A stretch of DNA of 64,000 nucleotides from Andalucia godoyi And28 (lineage: Eukaryota; Protista; Jakobida): assembly GCA_009859145.1 (NCBI GenBank), contig VRVR01000039.1, forward strand, positions 64,162-128,161. The letters are read 5' to 3'. This document shows positions 40,073 through 47,773 of the stretch, one piece after another (the first letter of the stretch is position 1; every line of letters begins with the position of its first letter). Made by a program: the position numbers and the translations under genes. Under the pieces are notes generated by a model. The model had not been told where the DNA came from. It saw nothing but the letters and a program-made list of their open reading frames with translations, and searched no databases.

Positions 40073-41914
40073 ATGGGGTTTCTTTCAGAGCTTCGAAGTC
40101 GGCCTTTGACGCAATCGCACTCGTATGCAATGTCGCGGCAGTTTGCACAGCGCGGAACTCACATTAGCATCCATGCGGCCCAGTCGCTGAACTTTGTGAA
40201 GCCGTCGCTGGAGAAACAGCCAAAGTCGTCGACATTGACATCGCCGTCCGCTGTACTGAATCCGATTCCCATGATTGCGCCGGTTGACTTCGACACGCTT
40301 CCAATCTGCGTTTCTGCATTCTTCTCAAGTAACTTTGATGCGCTGTACGAGGAAAACACGCAGTCGATTGTGGCAGTTGCGGACGAAGAAGGATTCATTC
40401 GGGTCTTTTCTACTTGCTCGGAGAACAGGTCGCATCCATTTGCGCAGAACCGAGCGGCAGCAGCAGCAACAACAGCAGACTGGAGGAGGAAGAGGAGGGG
40501 CTCATGCAACTTGTCATCGTCGATGTCGCGGGGTTTGCGATCCTTGCATGCGACGCAACATCGCAACGGCAATGACGAAATGGGCGATTATGAAGATGCG
40601 TTTGTGGGTGATCGACAAAACACAAGCTCGGAGTATGAGCTGAAGTTTCTGTGTGCAACAGAGGCTCACAAGAATGCGGTTTTTGATGTCCAGTTCAACC
40701 ACGACGGATCGTTGCTTGTGTCTGCTTCAGCTGATCATACGCTGGGTGTGTTTTCGCTCGCGCGCTTCAATCATGGGACACTCGATGCCGAGGATGCCGA
40801 TGGCTGCTCACAGTCGTCCTCTGCATCGTCGCTGGACGGTCTTAACAGCAGCAGCAGCAACAGCAGCAGCAACAACAACAACAACAACCATAATGCAGGA
40901 CCTTTTGCAAATCATAATGGAGCAGCCGCGTCGTTGACGAGAATTGGATCGCTCTCGCGCGGCGGCCACGTTGGCTCCGTCAAGTGCGTGGCATTCTCTA
41001 ATTTTGAGCACTCGATGCTGTCGCTCTCCACTATTGTCTCCGGCGGTCGAGACGGAGCATTGTGTGTGTGGGATGTTCGATCTCGCGGACAAATTGCCCA
41101 GCGACTGGAACGGGCGCATCGGCAAACGGTCACTTCGTTTGCATTCGGCAAGGATGGATACACTGCCTATTCATGTGGATCCGTCGACGGAGATCTGAAG
41201 TTGTGGGACGTCCGAAAATGGTCCGTTCCTTTGCTTGCCATTCACCCCCATCTTCATCGATCGCTTGCTCCGCACTCCGCACTCTTCGCATCTTCGTTGC
41301 ATTCCTTGCCTCCATCGCAGCTCGCTTTCCAGTATCCCACCATGGTTCCATCAAACTTTTCTGGGTCCTCGCGGACGACCCTTGTGTCACCGACTTCGCC
41401 ATCTCGAGCGTACGGATTGACGACTGTGAAGGTCTCTCCAGATGGGACGAGAGTTGCTGTTTCCGCGGTCGACGGATGGGTGGGAGTGTACTCGACTGTG
41501 TGGCCGGAGCGACCGCCGGTTACCCTGGTCCGCGGAGATGGCTCAAGACCGTCGCTCTTTTTCACGAACCGCATTGATTGGGTCGACAACGGCCACTTGA
41601 TTCGCGGCGCTCCGGACGGAAGGCTGACGGTTGCGTGCGTGCATTCGCCCAGCGACTCGTCGGCGGACGAGCAGGAACACGAGTGGCTTGAGTGGCAGGG
41701 ACACAGAACAGAAGTCTCTGGAATTTGCCGGGTGTCCAATGCTGGTCTTGTGGCTTCTTGCTCAGACGATCGCACGGTTCGCATGTGGAACTTGTGGAAC
41801 TTGGCTGGACTCCGTGCCGACGACGACGTGGAGATGGATTGTCGGAGCGATACTGTGTCGGATGGCCATTTCTGCGATCCAGCACGCAAGCGCATGCGCT
41901 ATACGTCTTCGTGA
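40073..41914 (+). CDS. DTL: Denticleless/Cdt2 WD40 substrate receptor of CRL4
   Basis: VAVADEEGFIR, AHKNAVFDVQF...LVSASADHT, GHVGSVKCV, SGGRDGALCVWDVR, SCGSVDGDLKLWDVRK, GHRTEV...SCSDDRTVRMW. Confidence 0.88.
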   Translation: MGFLSELRSRPLTQSHSYAMSRQFAQRGTHISIHAAQSLNFVKPSLEKQPKSSTLTSPSAVLNPIPMIAPVDFDTLPICVSAFFSSNFDALYEENTQSIVAVADEEGFIRVFSTCSENRSHPFAQNRAAAAATTADWRRKRRGSCNLSSSMSRGLRSLHATQHRNGNDEMGDYEDAFVGDRQNTSSEYELKFLCATEAHKNAVFDVQFNHDGSLLVSASADHTLGVFSLARFNHGTLDAEDADGCSQSSSASSLDGLNSSSSNSSSNNNNNNHNAGPFANHNGAAASLTRIGSLSRGGHVGSVKCVAFSNFEHSMLSLSTIVSGGRDGALCVWDVRSRGQIAQRLERAHRQTVTSFAFGKDGYTAYSCGSVDGDLKLWDVRKWSVPLLAIHPHLHRSLAPHSALFASSLHSLPPSQLAFQYPTMVPSNFSGSSRTTLVSPTSPSRAYGLTTVKVSPDGTRVAVSAVDGWVGVYSTVWPERPPVTLVRGDGSRPSLFFTNRIDWVDNGHLIRGAPDGRLTVACVHSPSDSSADEQEHEWLEWQGHRTEVSGICRVSNAGLVASCSDDRTVRMWNLWNLAGLRADDDVEMDCRSDTVSDGHFCDPARKRMRYTSS

Positions 41915-42202
41915 CCGCCCTTTCTTTCCTCCTCTTCTTTTCTTTTTATTTAATAACCACCTCCTTTTTTCCCTTCCCTTCTTCTCGTCTGAAACAATGT
42001 ATGGTATGTATTGCTCGTTATTTTGCTCAATTGAAACTGGATGCTTGAATGAATGATTGAACACTATAAAACATTTTCCAATAATAAAAAAAACTGAAGA
42101 AAGAAAGCAGAAAAGAAAAAGGCACTTTGTTAAATAATATAATACGCATGCTAGTCTGCAATCAATGTTATTGTACATGCAAGGCATGGCTGCGCGGAGC
42201 CA

Positions 42203-42985
42203 TTACTGGTCTTTGGCGTTCAAAGCACGGTATGTAATGTGCAGCGACTCTCGGGGAGCCCACATGTACTTTTGACGAACGGCAGGCACTGCGCTGCAGA
42301 GTTCGGCCTTGAAATTTTCAATGTAATCGAGCAGTCCGGTGTCGCCCGAGTGCAGGAAGTGGACCATGGTGTTCTCCTTGTCCATCGGAATTGCGTCTGC
42401 GGCATAATACACGGCGTCGCGATCCGTCTTGTCCCTGATCCGCTTTTCAAAGTAGGTTCGCATGGCCGCTTTGGACTGCAGACTCTCTGCAAGGACTGCG
42501 TTTGTGTGTTCAATCTCTTCGTCGGTTGGCAGCGCAGTTTCGATTCCGCCGCCGAGCGTAAGTGGCGTCAGCGGCACTGTGAGCATCGCCCACGGGTTCT
42601 CCAGCGTGCGATGCTTGAGCTTAACAATGGACAAGTCCCTGACAATGCACTGTGGTCCAAAAGACCGATTCGCGAACTGGTTTGCAAATTCCTGAATTGC
42701 TACAAACTCTTCTTCCGTTAATGTGTGACCCGGTGTCAGGTACCCAAGCGTACACTTTGGCCATTTGGACCCTGGGTTTTCTGGTCGAAACGCATCAAAT
42801 GCCTCAATGACTTCTTTAAACCGAATCACCGAAGCCGGGAACCCTGTAAACGCAAGCACAAACACCGATGAGTACGAAATGAAGAATTGGTGCGGATGCA
42901 GAATATGGTAGTTCAAAAGCGGAATCACCTGTGCGACATGCTGCAGAATGCTCGGCTGCTGCTCCTCTGACGATCCACCCTCCAT
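42203..42985 (-). CDS. 2H-phosphoesterase-like protein (apparently circularly permuted)
   Basis: C-terminal WAPRESLHITYRAL and N-terminal VLAFTGFP...WPKCTLG resemble the two LigT/2H lobes in swapped order. Confidence 0.55.
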   Translation of the reverse strand: MEGGSSEEQQPSILQHVAQVIPLLNYHILHPHQFFISYSSVFVLAFTGFPASVIRFKEVIEAFDAFRPENPGSKWPKCTLGYLTPGHTLTEEEFVAIQEFANQFANRSFGPQCIVRDLSIVKLKHRTLENPWAMLTVPLTPLTLGGGIETALPTDEEIEHTNAVLAESLQSKAAMRTYFEKRIRDKTDRDAVYYAADAIPMDKENTMVHFLHSGDTGLLDYIENFKAELCSAVPAVRQKYMWAPRESLHITYRALNAKDQ

Positions 42986-43297
42986 TTCGTGCCGTTACTA
43001 TTGTCGTTGCAATTACGATTTTGTTGTTTTTTTTCTGTCGTTGTCGTCGACATGGTAATCGTCGTGGTCGTTGGACATCGTCGTCATCCTTGTCATTTTG
43101 TCCTTTGAGGATTGAGGATGATGCAACTACGGTTCGGTTGTCGGAGGAATTGTCGGAGGAATTCGTCTTTCTTAACGGAATGTGCATGAAATGCAAAAGA
43201 TAACAGCAAGAGAAGAAGGAATTTTAAATTTTTTTTAATTTTAAATTTTGAATTAAAAAAACACGGGGGAACGCGAATACAGGAGGAAGAAGAGGAA

Positions 43298-43852
43298 ATG
43301 TCCGGGATCAAGATTGGGGTTTCTGTGGTGTTGGCTTTGAGCAAGCCTGTGACGCACAACACTCCACTGCTTCTTATTACTCGTGGGAAGCAGCCGGCAT
43401 TAGGACTACTGTCGTTTCCTGGCGGCGGTCTTGAGCTTCGCGAAACGATGCAGGATGGATCGCTACGAGAGCTGCACGAGGAATGCGGAATCCCCCCAGC
43501 GGCAGTCGAGTACCATGGGCCATTCTATGCAACCGACGTATGTGTATCTTCTTCTTTCTTCCGTTCCTCGTGTTTTTTTTTTCTTGTTTCTGCAGTCCAA
43601 CAGCCGTAGAGACTTACAAAACTCGACTAGGCGATTGGGCCCGAGTATCACTACGTCATTGTACAGTCGTTGGGGTTTCTCCAGCAGGACAGCGCGCTGT
43701 TTTCGAAGAGCCAGGTCCGCGCATTGACGGACGCAGCGGCAGTGCACTGGATGACCCCGTCCGAGATTCTGGCAGAAAGCCCTGCCAAGTTCACTCCAAA
43801 TCTGCATCCGGTCATCCACAAGCTGCTCTCGCTCTCTCAATACCACAACTGA
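43298..43852 (+). CDS. Nudix hydrolase (YjhB/ADP-ribose pyrophosphatase-like), join(43298..43537,43631..43852), 153 aa
   Basis: Perfect Nudix box G-GLELR-E-TMQDGSL-RELHEECGI; splicing restores FYATD/AIGPEYHYVIVQ and a full C-terminus. Confidence 0.9.
43538..43630 (+). other. Spliceosomal intron, 93 nt
   Basis: GTATGT donor, GACTTAC branch-like sequence, TAG acceptor; phase-0 removal joins the two Nudix halves in frame. Confidence 0.85.
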
Positions 43853-43904
43853 AAAACACTCTGGGGTGGGCAAGAGCATCATCCACGAAAACGATTACCA
43901 ATTC

Positions 43905-43988
43905 AAATACAAATACAAATACAAATACAAATACAAATACAAATACAAATACAAATACAAATACAAATACAAATACAAATACAAATAC
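43905..43988. repeat. (AAATAC)14 hexamer microsatellite
   Basis: 84 nt perfect repeat downstream of the Nudix stop. Confidence 0.97.
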
Positions 43989-44216
43989 AAATCAAAACAT
44001 TAATAAAATAAATAATGAAGACCACATGCCGCGATACATTAAAAGTACTTTTTTTTCTTCTTGAAACAGAAGCTTGGGCTTTTGATAAGATACATGGAGG
44101 GGGGTGGTGGGAATAAATTACACGAGATGTACAATGTGAGGAGGCGCTCTGAAATAGTGAACGCAGAAGAGGAGCAGGAAATAAATAGGAGGAATGAACA
44201 GAAAATCATAAGGGCG

Positions 44217-44861
44217 TCAGTCATGCTCGGTAAAGTATGCGATCAGAGCAGTCAAATAGCCGATGAAGATGAAGGAAGGGACGACAAGAAATCCAACAAG
44301 GGGATACGCAGCCCACGTCCAAACGAGTGCTGTCAGCGCAAGCATCAGCTCGGCAACGATTGCGATCACAAGGACCGCTGCATATGCGCCAAACGAAAAG
44401 AAGACGTCTGACCACAGGCATTCAAGCACGAGAAACAGCATGTAGGCCGCAAGAGACCGCAGTATGATTGAGTGGAAAAACACAGATCGCGAATGGCGAA
44501 TCAGAGCCAACATGAAGAGTGCACATGCAACCGACAACGAGCCTGTGGTGATGCCCCAGAACGCAACAAGATAGTCGCCTGGAATGGTCCATGCAGGCTT
44601 CGTCAACGTAAGGAAAACCTGCTGTACGCGAGTGGCGTTGATCAGCAGCGGAAGAACCGCCGCAAGAAAATTGACTGTAAACGACACAAAAAACACCACC
44701 AGCACGGTCCACTTCGTGATTCTCACCGGCTGTAAAGTCGACGCATCCGCAGTATCACTTGATGGTACAAGCGTGAACAACGTCGGGTTCGGACGCGGCG
44801 GCGCGGGCTCCCACGGTCGCGTGCGGCCTAGAAGCTGGTAGTACTGCGTTCGAGAAGGCAT
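44217..44861 (-). CDS. TspO/MBR family membrane protein
   Basis: FLTLTKPAWTIP...AFWG, LECLWSDVFFSFGAY, five hydrophobic segments; ATG at 44861. Confidence 0.75.
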   Translation of the reverse strand: MPSRTQYYQLLGRTRPWEPAPPRPNPTLFTLVPSSDTADASTLQPVRITKWTVLVVFFVSFTVNFLAAVLPLLINATRVQQVFLTLTKPAWTIPGDYLVAFWGITTGSLSVACALFMLALIRHSRSVFFHSIILRSLAAYMLFLVLECLWSDVFFSFGAYAAVLVIAIVAELMLALTALVWTWAAYPLVGFLVVPSFIFIGYLTALIAYFTEHD

Positions 44862-45269
44862 ATCCGCACGCAAAATCACAGTCGCCTCTGTTCCTGTCTC
44901 TGTCTCTGTCTCTCGCTTTCTCTCTTGCTTTGCATCCAAAGCGAATCCGAGGAACGCGGACTCAAGACTCAAAAAGGAACACAAACTCCCCCGTTTCTGT
45001 TGTCAGCTGTAGTATCACTTGATGCGGAAAAACAGACGTTTGAGGCGTTCAAAGCACACATCCAAGCAGAAAGAACTACAGACGGTGGTTTTTTACTGGC
45101 ACTTCTTTTCTTTTTATTTTTTTCTATCTAATTATTTATTGATTTTTTGTTCTTTGACGTTTCAGGAACGACAGTCAACAGGAGATGCGACTGGCTGACG
45201 GCAACCTTGCCCACTAAAGTAAGATTACAAATTTAAAAAATGGAGAATCGAATCCATGAACAAGTTCGC

Positions 45270-45308
45270 GGGGGCACGGGGGCACGGGGTCACGGGGGCA
45301 CGGGGGCA
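45270..45308 (+). repeat. (GGGGGCAC)5 tandem repeat, G-quadruplex-compatible
   Basis: Five G4-5 tracts with 3-4 nt loops (one unit GGGGTCAC). Confidence 0.85.
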
Positions 45309-45346
45309 TTGGGATCGGAAGAACGAAAGCAGTACAAGAAGCTCGG

Positions 45347-47296
45347 CTAGAACTTTTCTCGATGCATGTCGAGTCTGAGGTTATCTACAAATCCAGTCAG
45401 GTCCTCCTTGTTGATTTCAATGCACGCTGCATCAAATAAGTCGACTTTGGCGCGAGCGTTTGCTTTTCGCGCAGCATTTGCGAATGCAGAGCTAAACTTG
45501 TTTCGTGGCACATTTCCAAATCTTGGAACCGGATGAACTCCAACGACGAGATACGAGTTGGTTTCTTCCTTTGCAACTGCCAAAACGATTGGCTTCTCCT
45601 TCTTTTGCTGCTCGGCGAGGATTTCGAGTAAGAACAGAGCCAAACGCGTTGCGGAAGAAGGCCGCGTAAAGAGTCCTGAGATGGGAGAAGACGGAATCCG
45701 GCAGTATCGGACGGAGTCCCAGGAAAGAATGTGACGAGACTCGACAACGAGAGACGCCTGCTGGATTAATGCTCGCTGGAACACAATACTCTTGTCAATG
45801 CCGAGTCGAATGTGTCCAACGGCGTCCTGTGGTCGGTCAAAACATGCCAGTCCTTGCGCAAACGCATAGGCAACAGTTGAGGAGCTTGCTGTTTCTTCTA
45901 GACTCGCACCACCACTGGATGCAGATGACGAAGACGAATTGGCAGCTGCCGAGCTTCCAGACGCCGTTGCGGCTCCTGATGACGCAGAGGCCACCGACCC
46001 ATTGGACAGCGCGCTCTGATTTCCAGAGCTGCCATTCGAAAGTGTTGCAGACGAGAGCGTGGATATTGCTGGCAGATTGGAAGGGAATTCCATGATTGCC
46101 GAAATTGCATAAATAACATCGGTTGCAGAAAACGTGCAGCCCTGATCGTAACGGCGAGTAAACGACGAGAACTCAATGTCGGAAAGTCCAAATTCGTCTG
46201 CATACTCAGCGATCGAGTCATGCAATCGAGCCTTTTCGTCCATGGGCATATGTCTGAACTCCTGTGAGGCTGCCATCCTCGAAAGCCCAATCTTGGCAAG
46301 AAGCTGGTCGATGCGGTCTCTCCCGACGTCCGTCCAGGCTTGAAGCTTGGCAACCGTGTAGTGCGAGTTGCACAAGGCTTCGTACAAGCTCCAGTGTCGC
46401 AGCATCATCAGTTTGAGTTCCTGAGATTCAGCGATAAACCCCGGGGCTGCAATGGGCACCGGAGCATTTCCCTCGTCGACAACAGCGACCGTCGAGCCAG
46501 CAGGGTTCATCTTTCGCACCTCTCCAAGATATGCCTGATAGTACGTTTCGTACTTTTCCCGACTGATGCGACCGAGAACATAGTATTCTGAGATTCCCAA
46601 AATTGCATTCCACAGCAAGTCGGGCCGAATGCGATTCAAGCGCTCTGCAACAAGATACATAACGACCGATGTGGGAAGTCCGTAAAATGAAGCGGCATAG
46701 TACTTGACGGCTGCGTCCATGTTTGACTTTCTTCTCTTTGCGCGTCGTCCTCCACTCCTGCCAGTTGCACCACCCGCACCATCGCCGTTGTTGCCATCAT
46801 CATCATCATCGTCGTCGTCGTCGTCGTCGTCGTCGTCAGACGATCCAGCGAATTCATGACCCTCTAAATCTCTAAATACACGGGCAATTTCCTCTCGCTC
46901 CTCCCCATCGTCCAGCACAACAATGTTGGTGAGCGCATCGTCGGCAAGCGTCAGGTCAAACGGTCGATGAGAATCGAAAATGAATATTTTCCGAAACGAC
47001 TCGCTCAGCGAAAGTTGGTTTTGAATGTCGGTAGTTGCGCCGCAGTTGATCAGAACCACGCTGGAGAATGCGGATGTGTTTTCCAGATATTCCTTGTTGA
47101 TTCTTGCCAGCTGAGAATACGAAATGGCCGGAACAATCGTAAATTTGATTGTGTCGCCAATCAGTAAACTGATCAGAATGCGCAGAGCAGCTAAGGAGTC
47201 ACATTCACAAGACGCGATGATGAGAACTTCCGAGGACAGCGAACGAGACTTGATCTCTGCGTACACAGAATCAACGTCCTTTATATGCATCAACAT
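45347..47296 (-). CDS. CDC45: Replication initiation factor Cdc45
   Basis: ECDSLAALRIL, VVLINCGA, IFDSHRP, acidic loop, LWNAILG, LMMLRHWSLYEAL, KLQAWTDVGR, RNKFSSAF. Confidence 0.97.
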   Translation of the reverse strand: MLMHIKDVDSVYAEIKSRSLSSEVLIIASCECDSLAALRILISLLIGDTIKFTIVPAISYSQLARINKEYLENTSAFSSVVLINCGATTDIQNQLSLSESFRKIFIFDSHRPFDLTLADDALTNIVVLDDGEEREEIARVFRDLEGHEFAGSSDDDDDDDDDDDDDDGNNGDGAGGATGRSGGRRAKRRKSNMDAAVKYYAASFYGLPTSVVMYLVAERLNRIRPDLLWNAILGISEYYVLGRISREKYETYYQAYLGEVRKMNPAGSTVAVVDEGNAPVPIAAPGFIAESQELKLMMLRHWSLYEALCNSHYTVAKLQAWTDVGRDRIDQLLAKIGLSRMAASQEFRHMPMDEKARLHDSIAEYADEFGLSDIEFSSFTRRYDQGCTFSATDVIYAISAIMEFPSNLPAISTLSSATLSNGSSGNQSALSNGSVASASSGAATASGSSAAANSSSSSASSGGASLEETASSSTVAYAFAQGLACFDRPQDAVGHIRLGIDKSIVFQRALIQQASLVVESRHILSWDSVRYCRIPSSPISGLFTRPSSATRLALFLLEILAEQQKKEKPIVLAVAKEETNSYLVVGVHPVPRFGNVPRNKFSSAFANAARKANARAKVDLFDAACIEINKEDLTGFVDNLRLDMHREKF

Positions 47297-47625
47297 CTTC
47301 TTCTTATGACTTTATCCTACAGAAACATCCGGACTCGGTAGCAGAAACAGCAAGCAATAAAATAAAATAAAATAAAATAAAAACGAGCAAGCAACCAGAA
47401 TGCTGGAGGAAAAAACACAGCGAATGATGCAACAGACGCAGGTTAAGTCACGTTGGTTGTATATATAAGAATAATAAAATGAAGAGAAAAAAATAAAGGA
47501 ATGAAAGGAGAGAAAGACGAGGGAAAGTGGAGACACGAACTCTTTGAATTCTTCTGAGCTATCGGAAATTCCGATGAAAACAAATTGCACTATTCAGCTC
47601 TTGTTTTTTCGGAATCATGATTTTA

Positions 47626-47638
47626 TTTTCCCGCCAAA
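47626..47638. promoter_or_regulatory. Palindromic E2F-consensus site upstream of CDC45
   Basis: TTTTCCCGCCAAA, 330 nt upstream of the CDC45 ATG. Confidence 0.55.
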
Positions 47639-47773
47639 TTTCGCCGCGACGCCTTTATTATCACAAATTCACGAGCAGATCCAATTATTATTACAGCTGG
47701 TGCCATCCTCTGGGTGAGACTGACAAATACGACTAGCCATTTGCATATGCCGCATGGCTGGAGTATGGTGGCA

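Noticed and set aside
45240-45260. Minus-strand GGATTCGATTCTCC resembling a tRNA T-arm
   Set aside because: No acceptor, D or anticodon arms can be folded around it
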